Shown in pieces: positions 36,394-48,057 of a stretch of 64,000 bases of DNA. Under the pieces are notes generated by a model. The model saw nothing but the letters and a program-made list of their open reading frames with translations. It had not been told where the DNA came from and ran no database searches. The stretch comes from Octopus bimaculoides (lineage: Eukaryota): assembly GCF_001194135.2 (NCBI RefSeq), contig NC_068993.1, positions 54,352,346 through 54,416,345 of the forward strand, read 5' to 3'. A program made the translations under genes and the position numbers. Each line of letters begins with the position of its first letter. Positions within the stretch are counted from its first letter, which is position 1.

Positions 36394-37787
36394 AGGCGGC
36401 GGACTAGCAGAAACGTTAGCACACCAGTCGAACTGCTTCGCGGTATAACGGCTCTGTGAATTATTGTGAATACTATTGTGTTACTTTGTGAAAACTGTCG
36501 GTGAATAATTGTGATTTTTGTGGAATTATTACGGTTGCATTTCACGCGAGCTGCTGCATTTTTCCCAGCTATGGCAAGTGGTAGTGTCTCCAGTATGGAG
36601 AGCTACGCCAAAGCCACTGCGGTGAGGAAGCCAGCGCTGCTAGAAACCAAGTTAATCAAGTTGGATATGGAGGAGGTGACCAGAAGCAGGAATTTGATAG
36701 AAGTTGAGGGAGACTCGTACAAATTGTGTCCCCCAAAAGAGACTAAAGAAAATAAAATTCTGAGGACAGTAGTGTATCGTACACAGGCTGTCGAAACTGG
36801 TAAAATTGAAATGGTGACGGAAGAGGAAATCGAGGAGTGCCTGGGTGAAATTGTCAATGAAGCCACGTACATCAATAGAGGAAGAAAGTTCTGTACGGTT
36901 GAGGTGAGGTTCGCCACTGTAGAAGAGGCAACCAAGCCTGCGACCAACATTTTAAGAAGTGAGAAAATAGCATTGCTACCAAGTTATAGAGGAAGAAGAA
37001 GTGTGAAAATACGAATTCCCAGAGTTACACCAGAAATTAAACCAGAGTNNNNNNNNNNNNNNNNNNNNNNNNNNNNNNNNNNNNNNNNNNNNNNNNAGTA
37101 CGAGAATTGCGAGCAGATGGAGAGAAAAGTCGAGAGGTTAAAAGAAATAATAAGAGTGAAAATGCCAGAGAAATGTGCTGAAAAATGCATTTTGATACGT
37201 GAGGAAAGATGCTTCGGGTGCATAAAAGAACTTGGTGAAAATATAATAACGAAACGGATATGGTTGGTGGAGACACCACCCCCTAGAACTGATTATTTGC
37301 AGTTGTTAAGGACGGACGTAACAATGATTAATGGAAGAAAGGTAACGCGAGTGTTTGGATTTTTTGAGTTACAAAACCGTTAAAATGTTTACATGACGTT
37401 GAACGTAAAAGTGAAAAACTGGATAAATGTAACCACCCGACTTCGGGGATCGAGTGGATATTGCGCCTCATTTTTTTTACATTCTTGCATATAGTCATTT
37501 TATTTTAATTACCCCGATTTTATGTTTGCGTTTTCTACTGTCTTTATGTTTTGTGATGTCTTAAAAATTCTTTGTATAGCCCTTTATGGGTAATAAAGAA
37601 ATCGGCATTTCGTCTGCCGTTACGTTCTGAGTTCAAATTCCGCCGAGGTCGACTTTGCTTTTCATCCTATCGAGGTGGAATGAAATAAGTACCAGTTACG
37701 CACTGGAGTCGATGTAATCGACTTAATTCCGTTGTCTACCTTTGTTTGTCCTCTTTATGTTTAGCCCCTTGTGGGCAATAAAGAGAC
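36394..37787 (+). mobile_element. Nin-domain-type tRNA SINE split by the insertion
   Basis: Perfect 14-bp TSD AAGATGTTTAATTA at 36380-36393 and 37788-37801; core GTCGACTTTGC..CATCC..GAGG. Confidence 0.85.
36447..37602 (+). mobile_element. Non-autonomous LINE derivative carrying an ORF1-like frame, inserted in a SINE
   Basis: ORF 36571-37383 (contains a 48-N gap) with RRM-like TVEVRFATVEEA; interrupts a SINE at cggtat/cggcat; ends in an AATAAAGAAAT tail. Confidence 0.6.
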
Positions 37788-38994
37788 AAGATGTTTAATT
37801 ATTTCAGTTTTCGTGTTTATTAATCTTTTCAGTTTTGTATGATTTGTTATAAAAATATTATCAGATTCAATACAAGGTTTCATCGTGTCACTTTTTTTGT
37901 TTTGTTTTATTAAGGGTTTAACAATTTTTTTTTTTTAGTTGAGGGAGATAACCAAAAGTACCAATATGTCTCAGCAAACGTGGGGAGATAACCCGATATT
38001 TTAATGTGGGTGCGATAACCAAAAGGTGCCCCGGTGGAGTGCCAGATATATGGTAAAATATGGTCCAGGTGGTCAGGGCTTAATTTGGTCTCGTCTTGAA
38101 AGTTTATAGATTTCAGTGTCTTGAACTGCAAACGTGTTGTCTTTAAAATATAACGAATCCTACAGAAACGTCACTTCTTGTTGATGTTGGAATGGTTCTT
38201 AAGTTTCAAGGAGATAAACCCATGCGTCGTGACTTTTCTTTGATATCTGTTATCGTTTACTTGTTTCAGTTATTGGGCTACGGCCAGGCTGGGGCACCGC
38301 TCGAAGATTCTTTTAGAAAATTTTAATTTTAGCTGATCAGATCAATCCCAGTGCTTTGTTTTTCTTTTGAAAAGTTTGGTACTTATTCTATCGGTCTGTT
38401 TTGCCGAACTACTGCGTTACGGCAACGTAAACGAACCAACACGGTCGCCAAGCGGTGGCGGGGGTGGGGGGGGAACAAAACACAGACACATATACTCTCC
38501 CTACCTTTCTCTCTCTCNNNNNNNNNNNNNNNNNNNNNNNNNNNNNNNNNNNNNNNNNNNNNNNNNNNNNNNNNNNNNNNNNNNNNNNNNNNNNNNNNNN
38601 NNNNNNNNNNNNNNNNNNNNNNNNNNNNNNNNNNNNNNNNNNNNNNNNNNNNNNNNNNNNNNNNNNNNNNNNNNNNNNNNNNNNNNNNNNNNNNNNNNNN
38701 NNNNNNNNNNNNNNTTGTTTCAGTTATTGGGCTACGGCCAGGCTGGGGCACCGCTCGAAGATTCTTTTAGAAAATTTTAATTTTAGCTGATCAGATCAAT
38801 CCCAGTGCTTTGTTTTTCTTTTGAAAAGTTTGGTACTTATTCTATCGGTCTGTTTTGCCGAACTACTGCGTTACGGCAACGTAAACGAACCAACACGGTC
38901 GCCAAGCGGTGGCGGGGGTGGGGGGGGAACAAAACACAGACACATATACTCTCCCTACCTTTCTCTCTCTCCCCACACTCTCCCTTTCTCTAAC

Positions 38995-40260
38995 ACACGC
39001 TCTTTCGTTGGTGTCTGTGGTTATGCTAAGACCGAAAGTTTTCATCATTTGGATAATGTCCTTCATAAACCGATCTTGTGCTGGTCCATTGGTATTTGCG
39101 GTTAAAGCTAGGGCATCATCTTTGTAAATGGCAAAATATACGTCAGGAAAAGTCTTGCCCAACGTATCGAGTAGGAATAGTCCAATGTGATCGCATATGC
39201 CTGCTCCATCATATGACCCCCATGCTCACATCGAAAGCACCCTCTGTGTCAATAGTCTTGACCCACTCTACGTTCTCACTGGAGAGTAATGTCTTTCTAG
39301 CATGGAAGATTATGTCCTTATCTTGCGCACTAATTTCTATAAATTTGCTTGTGAAGGTGAGGGCTTTATCTAGCAGTTCCTTAGAGATAGAGGCTTGAAA
39401 ATCGACAATATCGAATTGCGTAAATCTCGCTTTATTCTTATTCTTAATAGTTTTAAACCAGTCAACGACTTCTATACTATTGGACCATTGTACTAACCTA
39501 GTAGCATTCCTGACTTGCGCATTGATTTTTCTTAAAATTTCTTTACTAATAATACCAATTTCTGACTAAGGTTAATAAGCCTAAATTTAGGATTAGATAG
39601 GAAGTTCTTTTTACAGTCCTTGATAGTTATAAAGGCCTCTTTTTTTGGAAGGACCTCTATTTTTAAAATCTAATTTTAGTCTGGCGGCGATAATGCTAGC
39701 TTCTTTATTAATTTCGTTATAAATTTGTGGCCTAGCTTTGGTGTAATTCTTGATGATGCTGTTGTGTAGGAGTCGTGAATATGTGCTGTTTTCTACAAGG
39801 TATAATTTCTTCGTTTTATCAGAAGAAATTTTTTTTTTAACTCTTTATGTATTTGATATCTTTTTTTCAGTTGTTGTTGAAAAGTGTTAAAGGACTTACG
39901 AAATTTTATTTTGTTCCTGAGCTTCAGTAGGTCCGCTTCGAAGTCTTCCAAGCCTTTGATATTTGGAGGGAATTTCTTTGATTTAATTCCATAGAATATG
40001 TTCTCTGTAGTGTCCTCTTCCATGTTGTAAAAGAAAGCTTTCCATCTCATATGCTTAATAAGATCTGTAATTTTCTCCAAAAGTTTCTTAGAGTATAGTT
40101 CCCTGGATGGTATAGGTATGCTTTTCATAGAATAATCGATATTGAATTCTCCTGCGGGGTAGAGTCCTCAACCAATTTATAGCGATTTTCCAAAATAAAC
40201 TGTATTAGCTTTTACGGAAAAATAGCGGTGTACGGAAGGTAACTTATTAATAGTAATAGT
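38995..40260 (-). mobile_element. Penelope-like element reverse transcriptase remnant (frameshifted, 3' part missing)
   Basis: IDYSMKSIPIPS, RWKAFF, AFITIKD, FRLIN, FTQFDIVDF, FDVSMGSYDGA and IYKDDAL are Penelope-type RT motifs. Confidence 0.88.
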
Positions 40261-40433
40261 AAGACAACAAAAGAATGAAATATATATATAAGGATTTACT
40301 TTTCGGATATATATATAAGGATAAAATCTGTATAAGAATTTATCAAGTAGCCAGCGTGAAAAGCCAGTTCAGGAAAAAATTAATGCAAAATATATAATTT
40401 TTCCCTTTAAATACAAATACATTCATTATATTA

Positions 40434-40663
40434 GGGGCTATTACCACACGTAAATGCCTCACGCTGTAATGGGACTCTGAAGTCAAACTACTTCAATAAA
40501 TATAGACGGCACCGAAAGCGGGCGAACCACGAAATCATTAATGATTTGCGACTAAACCTGTTTTTAAAAGGTAGCTTCCAAGTTGCATTCCCGCCTCTTT
40601 CGGTGTCGTGTATATTTATAAAAGTGTGAGGCATTTTTACGCGTATACGTGTAGTAATAGCCC
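40434..40663. mobile_element. PIF/Harbinger (Tourist)-like MITE
   Basis: TTA TSD; TIR GGGCTATTACYACACGTA with long subterminal inverted similarity. Confidence 0.6.
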
Positions 40664-42143
40664 TTAATATAATTAATATATTTATATATAATGCGAGAGA
40701 GTTAGGGGTTGAGGATTCAATCCACTAAGGGATAGTATCTATCCAATATACTGCTGGGAGGGTACCCAATTATTGTTACACTAGTGTTATACCAAGTGCA
40801 ATAAGTGGGTGCGGGTAAAAGGGGGTTATTTTTACTCTAAATTTATATAGCAATGAGAAATAGTTGTGCGCGCGCGTATGTGTTCGGCGATTTCCAGCAT
40901 ATGAAAGACATTGCCGAACACAGAAATATATATATATTAAAAAAAATAAAAAAAATCCGTTTAACACTTGTCATACTTGAAACTAAAGAATGCCCTTATA
41001 ACCGATATGATCGACCAAAGACCCTTCCTTCCCTATAGGCAGTACTCCACCGTGGAGTCGCGATATGAGCGAAATCAGTAAAAGAGTAACATAACTATAT
41101 CGGGTAAAATTCATTGAATTTATTTGCTTTCAGCAACTTCCTTCTCCCTTCTGTCGCCTGATGTCTTTTGTTAATATAATTGATATAGCTGATAATATAA
41201 AACATAAGACAGAGAGATGTGATACAATTCATTGTTATTAGTGACAGAAATATCTTAACTGATAAGTCGTGCAGTGCTGAGCATAATTAACTTTCTAAAA
41301 GTACAAAACCCATTCAACAATCGCGATAGTATCACAATAACAGCAACAGTTCTCTCACCATTGTATCGAAGTTTTGTGGAAAATCTCGATATAATATTAA
41401 TACTTTAGTATCAATAATGATTGTTGTTTGAGTGGTCATTTGTGGTATTATAAGAGGTTTCAGTTCCTCGATACAGCTTGTACAGTTAAATCTGGTTCTG
41501 ATTACAGAAACAGTGTTATTTTTAACCATGTGAAGCTAAAAAACCTTAATGTCAATTCCATATTTACATCATAATGATATATCCATAGTTACACATTCAA
41601 TAATTTCAAACAAATCTCAGTAATATAGTATTTTTGTCGTATATAATATATGTATGTATATATATTGATATTTTCCTTATTTATTGATTATTGTCTTTAA
41701 TCAGTAAGCTAATATAATTATAAATGTGAAAAGCAAATTTAGAATTTGCAAACGAATACACAGTAATCTGCAACCAGTGTTCCAAAATATAGCTTGCACT
41801 CTGAAAATCACCTGTTCTTTACCTTTGTATTAAGATTATGCTAGAGGTTAGGAACGCGAATAAACCTGGATCCTCCAACATTCTTCTCGAAGTTTTTTAC
41901 TCTTTCTCATCGGTACAGTTTTGTAGTCATAACTTGAACCCGTTACCCCAAGGTAGTAGCTTTCTTATCACTGCTTAACCATTTTCATTATAGAAAAAAT
42001 ACTCGAGTCAAAAACTCCAACAATCTTAGATTAGTATTATTATTATAATTTTTTTTTTTCTGTTAAGAATACTTTAATTAGTTAAATTCTGTATTCACAA
42101 CGTGCGTTGCAGAAAAAAACCAGTTTGAAATGTTATCTGGAGA

Positions 42144-43277
42144 TCAAAAGGATAAGAGGGAAATATTTGAGTAGCACTTTATAGGAGAATCGTTAGATCC
42201 TCTATCGGTAAATTCTTTTGCCTGACAATCACTGGAATTGCAGAGAGGATTTCTACCTGATCGTACTGATTCTGAAGAGCTTTCTAATTCATAGTTTTCA
42301 GTTAGAATGCGTCCTTTACGATTCTTTTGAGTCATTGCTATGGAGTGGTTCTGCTTGGACGAAAAGCCATCTTTATGTTTGCCTCTTTCTTTTAGATTGG
42401 CATTGAAATAAGCACAGGCATTGGTATACCATTCTTTCTTCGAATTCCATGTCATAAAGGAGGTGATTTCTTCAGCAACTGTCTCAACACGCCATAATTC
42501 TAGGAGCCGCCGATACAACTCTCCATTTCCATGCTTCTGGAACGTCTTTTCCATACTTTCATCAATTTTCTTGTATTTCGTTGCACTTTTTTGCACCTTA
42601 TGAAGAAGCATCAAAGTCTCTGCTTTGAAGCAGAGGGGTATAAGATACTCCCCTAGTTCTGCTAGTGCTGATATATCGCCACAAGGAGCATTACTGGCTG
42701 AAAGAATATTCAAAACAGTAGCTGCTTGGTTGCTCCAGTTCATATTTATTTTGGCCAGTTGAAAGTTTTTTAAAGCGCGCCAGAATGAGTGTTTTCGTTT
42801 CGTGAGGTTAGCAATACGTTCCTCCTGCAGCATATCGTACACCTTACGGGCATCCACCCTGAGATTTTTGTCCTCCAACGATTCATTGGTGTTTGAAGAT
42901 TCACAAGGTAACTGCGACAAATTCGAGGACGTTACTGGCGACTGGTTCATGATGGAATTAGTGTCATTGAATGTTGGTGAACTGGTGTGAGGTAGAACTA
43001 TGCCGACCATTGAGGGACAATCATTGTCATCACTTGCGTGTGAACGCATTTCTTGTTGTTGTAAGATATTTGCTTCACCGTTGCTGTCCCGACAGAGGTG
43101 AAGCTGCAGTGGAGTACACCTCTCCACTGCAGCTGTCAAGTTTCGATCGTGGTTCATGCTCATTGCTGCCGAGAAAATATCGCAGCTCTCTTCACTGTCG
43201 GTGAAATTTGAGGAGCTCGTTGATGGCGAGACAGTAAAAATCATGCTGTCATGGTTTTCCATCTCAGGAATCTCCAT
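42144..43277 (-). CDS. Intronless uncharacterised protein A (377 aa from the ATG at 43277), paralog of 49397-50914
   Basis: Uninterrupted ORF over 1.1 kb in AT-rich DNA; ungapped similarity to ORF B (81/137 identical); no transposon motifs recognised. The track start at 43328 is GTG. Confidence 0.78.
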   Translation of the reverse strand: MEIPEMENHDSMIFTVSPSTSSSNFTDSEESCDIFSAAMSMNHDRNLTAAVERCTPLQLHLCRDSNGEANILQQQEMRSHASDDNDCPSMVGIVLPHTSSPTFNDTNSIMNQSPVTSSNLSQLPCESSNTNESLEDKNLRVDARKVYDMLQEERIANLTKRKHSFWRALKNFQLAKINMNWSNQAATVLNILSASNAPCGDISALAELGEYLIPLCFKAETLMLLHKVQKSATKYKKIDESMEKTFQKHGNGELYRRLLELWRVETVAEEITSFMTWNSKKEWYTNACAYFNANLKERGKHKDGFSSKQNHSIAMTQKNRKGRILTENYELESSSESVRSGRNPLCNSSDCQAKEFTDRGSNDSPIKCYSNISLLSF

Positions 43278-43366
43278 CTTTGTCGAGTAGTCGCAATGTA
43301 AGGGATATAAACGTTGGATAAAAATCACACGCAGTTCAATCCTTTCCCTACATCACTTCCTTTCTG

Positions 43367-43378
43367 TATGACGTCATA
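43367..43378. promoter_or_regulatory. CRE palindrome TGACGTCA (extended TATGACGTCATA) about 90 bp upstream of ORF A
   Basis: Exact 12-bp palindrome; ETS-like CACTTCC just left of it. Function is inferred. Confidence 0.45.
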
Positions 43379-44116
43379 AGCAAACTAATAACTAACTCCT
43401 CCTCCTCTCTCACTTCATCATGCAATACCAACATCTCAGCAGACGACAGCAACACAGTCTGTGAGTTCTAGCGGATATTTATTCTTCCTTTTTCAGCCTT
43501 CTTTTTATTCCTCGTCGTTTATCCTCTCCTAGGAAAACAGTCACCTCTTCATGATGTTTCATGTTTTAATGTCCTTATATGTGTGTGTGTATGTGTGCGT
43601 GCGTGTGTGTGTGTGCGTGTGTGTGTGTGTGTGTTTGTGTGTGTGCGTGTGCGTGTAGGTGATGGTAGTGGAGTTGCTATATTGGGGACGGCAGCAGTGG
43701 CGGTGGTGGTATAATGCTGGTAGATTGTGTATTGGCGTAGTGAGTTGGTATAGTAATGGTGGCCATACGATGGTCTAATGAAATTCGTATGCAGTGCAGT
43801 GGAGGTACATATGCAAACGAAAATACTAAGTGGGGAAAAAGATCTACATGGACACGTGAAAAACATTGTTTAAAAAAAAAAATTAATTTGCAAGCTTCAA
43901 CTTCTTACATTCCATGTCACTGCATGGATAATCACTTCCAAACACCCAGAAACACAAGCAAATCCCCAGAGCACAATCGCAACAACATCTGCTTGCCCAC
44001 TCACCCTAAACAAGCCTAAGGAACACATACGAAAACTGACGTGTACTGAGGGGTAAACTTCTTACGATAAGGGCAGAAGAATAACACGTTTTGTTTAGAA
44101 CGAGGACTTCCACTAG

Positions 44117-44260
44117 AGGCGCTTGGCTTAGTGGTTAGGGAGTTGTGCTTTCGATTCCGGGACCGGGCGACGCGTTGTGCTTTTTTTTTTAAAGCAAAAC
44201 ACTTCATTTCATGTTACTCCAGTCCACTGAGCTGGCAAAAATGAGTAATCTTGCGACGGC
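44117..44260 (+). mobile_element. tRNA-derived SINE head (second family)
   Basis: GGCGCTTGGCTTAGTGGTTAGGG..TTCGATTCC. Confidence 0.7.
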
Positions 44261-44454
44261 GGGGATTTATACGTCAGGGAAGCCGGTCCTTATGAGTCGA
44301 CATGACTCTAGAAGATGACTATTACTCTACCTTTTACTGAGTCCTTCTTACCCATCTCTACAGTGGCCACAACATGAACCTATGGGTCACACAGATTGTA
44401 ACCCAGCAACTCGGATGCACACGACATTCCACCGGTTATAACGGTGTGAGTTCC

Positions 44455-44745
44455 AGTTGATTCGCTCAACGGAACAGCCAGCTCGTGAAATTATCGTGCA
44501 ACTGGCTGAGAATTCCACAGACACGCGTACACTAAACCTAGTTCTCAGGGAGATTCAGCGTGACACAGAATGTGACAAGGCTGTCTCCTTTGAATTACAA
44601 GTATAACACATTTTTGCCGGTTTAGTGGACTGGAGCAACGTGAAATAAATTGTCTTGCTCAAGAACACATCGCGCTACCGGGAATCGAACATTCGACTAC
44701 GATCGAGAGCCGAATATCCTAACCATTAAGCCAAACGCCTGCACA
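44455..44745 (-). mobile_element. tRNA-derived SINE (second family)
   Basis: Similar to 35746-36048. Confidence 0.75.
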
Positions 44746-45442
44746 CACAGTCAATATACCAATAAATGCACCATCACATAACCAAACTGACATACTACTC
44801 CTGATGCTTTACGAACACACACCCTACCTTCACTGCACCGCATAAGACTTTCATTAGGCCACCATGACGAAACCAACTCACTACGCCAATACACAATTTA
44901 CCAGCATTGTACCACCACTACTGCCATAGCAGCAACTCTCACCACCATCACCTACACGCCAAGACATTAGCACCATCGTTGTAGTAAGACACTACCACCG
45001 TGACTATTATACCAGCACACCACACTACTGTTACCCTTACATCAACACACACACACACCACTCATCACTGTACTAACGCAATATAATTTATGTTAAGACC
45101 AGGCGATCTCTCTCGTTTTCAGGCTGTGGATTGTTTCTTTGCAGGAAATATTCTCGACTCGGTTCCGGACACCATTTGTAACTGTTTTCTCTTCTGTTAC
45201 CCAAACACTTCCAAATGCGGACTTAACTGTCGCTTGTGCGCTTCTATATGGCACATAAGATTGTGGTTATTTCTCCGCCAGGTAGAAAATAGGAAATTGC
45301 TTGTATAACAAGTATTCACAAACGTCAGAAACTGTAAAGGAGTGCAAAGAAAAATGCGTGGATCCAACGGAACTTGAACACAAGGTGAGCTCCTTCTGAA
45401 CAGAATATATACTTCCGGCCATGACAATTTCATCTTTAATAG

Positions 45443-45655
45443 AGGCAGTGAGCTGGCAGAAACGTTAGCACGCCGGGCGAAATGCTTAGCGGTATTTCGT
45501 CTATCTTTACGTTCTGAGTTCAAATTCCGCCGAGGTCGACTTTGCCTTTTTATCCTTTCGGCATCGATAAATTAAGTACCAGTCGCTTACTGAGGTTGAT
45601 CTAATCGACTGGCCCGCTCCCCCCCCCCCCAAATTTCGGGCCTTGTACCTAGAGT
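45443..45655 (+). mobile_element. Nin-domain-type tRNA SINE (well preserved)
   Basis: GAGCTGGCAGAAACGTTAGC...GAGTTCAAATTCC...GTCGACTTTGCC. Confidence 0.8.
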
Positions 45656-47447
45656 AGAAAAGAATATAGGCAGTGTATATAGGACATGATATCTGCTATG
45701 TTAAACTCGTTGTAAGACAATAGATGATTTAGGGAAGATTAGTTTTCTATTTCTAGCATGTCAAGCGACCACGTAGAGGCTCTTTGGTTGAACGTATTTA
45801 AGTATGTTTAACATTTGTCTTCGTTGAACTCCAAACAATGAAATACTCGCACCAAACGGACTATCGAGGGTGCATTTATATGGTTTCTCGTTTAACTAGC
45901 CAGAAATAGCAGCCAGATCATATCGTACCCTCTCAGAGGATGGAATGATACATTTGATAATCTAGTTCTAGAGAAACTGTAGAGAAATCACGGTAGAGTA
46001 GTGGCTGAAACGTTTCGATCGTAAGTATGTCTACTCGGTCGTGTCTGACTTGGCGCCAAACAACAGAAACAATTACAACCATTTTGGAGTCTGATTTAAA
46101 ACTGAAGGGGGAAGAAATGCGCAAGGATGCCGAGGGAGAGAGATAGGGCTTAGATTTGACTATTGCAATGTTAGAAAGAGGCACAGAGAATGGTATCAAC
46201 AAAGGTCTGCGAATGTTGTTGAGAGAAAAAAAATAGGGTCAACTCCAGTTTCAGATCCGGACAAAATTTTTTTTTAAATAGCGTAATATGTGTAAAACTT
46301 TTTTTTGTTTTGGTGTGAAACCGGAGTGTAACCGAAAATACAATACTATGGGAGGACATGGTGCTATGATTGATACGTGGAAGGTGTCTCATCCAGAAAT
46401 AAGGATGCAGAGCACGGACAGTAATATGTCGTGATTCACGAACAGGAATATGTCAACCCACAGACAATAACATTTTAGAAGGGTATAAAGTCGACTGAAT
46501 CTATCATAAAGCTTGCCTAGAACTAATTTTATTGGCCCAAAGCGAAATATCAAAACTTTTCCCTGTCGGGATTTGAACTAAGAACGTAACCACACTCCAG
46601 ATTTTTATAATATACCATACACATAACTGCGGGAACGAAATTTGCTTGGAGGGTGCAAACCCAGATTTTTAGGAGGAAGTTCAAAGCGTTTACATTGCCC
46701 CTCCCCCAACCTCGCTACAAATTTCCCGACCATGACCATAAAGTATTTTAACCCTACTCTTTTGATTTTTTTACTATCAATCGCCTCTTTTATAGTAATT
46801 TTTCATTCTTTTTAACCTCTGATGATATTTATAGGTAAATTATATTCAGCTTTATTCATGCAAACGCAATATGAATCGTTAGTTTTTTTTAAAAATATTT
46901 CCAATAAAAACAAATGTCGTGGCGATGAACGGGACGTTATACAACGGCATCAGAAATTTACATACAAATTAAGAAACAATCATAAATGCATATAAAGACA
47001 ACACATAATAAATGTTTTAAATACTTTCTTTAAAAATGAAGACAAAAAGCAACAACAGTAGCAGCCGCAACAATAAAAATATAAAAGTGTTGAGTGAAGA
47101 AAGTTCCTCTTTATTGAAACCATCTGTAATAGCAGGCAGACTCCAGTAAAGTGTAAATATACATCTAGACTATAATTAATTGCTATTTTTTAACCAGGCA
47201 CATAGGAAGGGCTATCGTCTATGTATGGCTCTACCACAGAATATCACTGGTACTTGTATTAAGGCACCGTCATAGGTTAACTTCATCGCGAGATGAAAGT
47301 TTTTCTTTTATTCTTGTTTAAAAAAACATAAAAGGGATTTAAATTGCAAATATTTTCTCTGTTTTAGAGAAACTTCCGTCAGATTTGTCCGTTTCTTTGG
47401 GAACGCTGTGTGTGTGTGTGTATATGTATGTTGGATTAGATATGTAC

Positions 47448-47480
<33 letters not shown>

Positions 47481-47876
47481 CATGTACGTACGAATGTATA
47501 TATGCATGCGTGTGTGTGTCTGTGTGTGTATCTATGTCCGTGCGCGTACGTGTGTGTGTCAGTAATAATATCAATAAATCTATGTATCGTATACCATGGG
47601 TTTAACAGAGATCCTCAGTAAATGTAAATTATAGGGATACAAATAGCATGGAGTGAATTTATATAGTCTCACACACACATGCACACGCATTGTATATGTA
47701 CATATATGCATATATATTATATATATATATAGTTGGGAAAAGATTAGAGGTCTATACAAATAATTTTTTTTATAAATGAAAGATGGAGGTGGAAATAGCA
47801 CAGAAGTAAATCTAAAACATTTCAATTTAAGAAGGAATTTAATAAAAAGGATTTTTAAAATTATATATATAAAAAA

Positions 47877-47919
47877 AATTTTACCGGTTTCGATAATGAA
47901 TTTCATCTTATCAAATATC
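47877..47919 (-). ncRNA. Hammerhead-like motif with U3-A8 core (left arm of foldback)
   Basis: GAUAU-UUGAUAA-GAUGA loop UUAUC-GAA-ACCGGU-A; palindromic stem III ACCGGU. Confidence 0.5.
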
Positions 47920-48014
47920 AGTAAAAATTTATAAAAAATTTAAGTAAAAACGTGTTTGTGACCCCGAGACAGAAGTTAAATTGTTTTTACTTTAAATTTT
48001 TATAAATTTTTACT

Positions 48015-48057
48015 GATATTTGATAAGATGAGATTCATCATCGAAACTGGTAATATT
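48015..48057 (+). ncRNA. Hammerhead-like motif with compensatory U3-A8 core (right arm of foldback)
   Basis: GAUAU-UUGAUAA-GAUGA loop UCAUC-GAA-ACUGGU-A-AUAUU. Confidence 0.5.

Noticed and set aside
37910-38131. ORF as the missing Penelope GIY-YIG endonuclease
   Set aside because: No GIY/YIG motifs; the segment instead contains repeated GGGAGATAACC motifs typical of a non-coding repeat.
38261-38971. Near-identical 257-bp direct duplication (38261-38517 and 38715-38971)
   Set aside because: The copies flank an N-gap exactly; most likely an unmerged contig overlap rather than biology.
46915-46955. GCGATGAACGGGACGTT resembling the 16537 motif
   Set aside because: No GAAA or stem III follows, so it cannot fold as a hammerhead.
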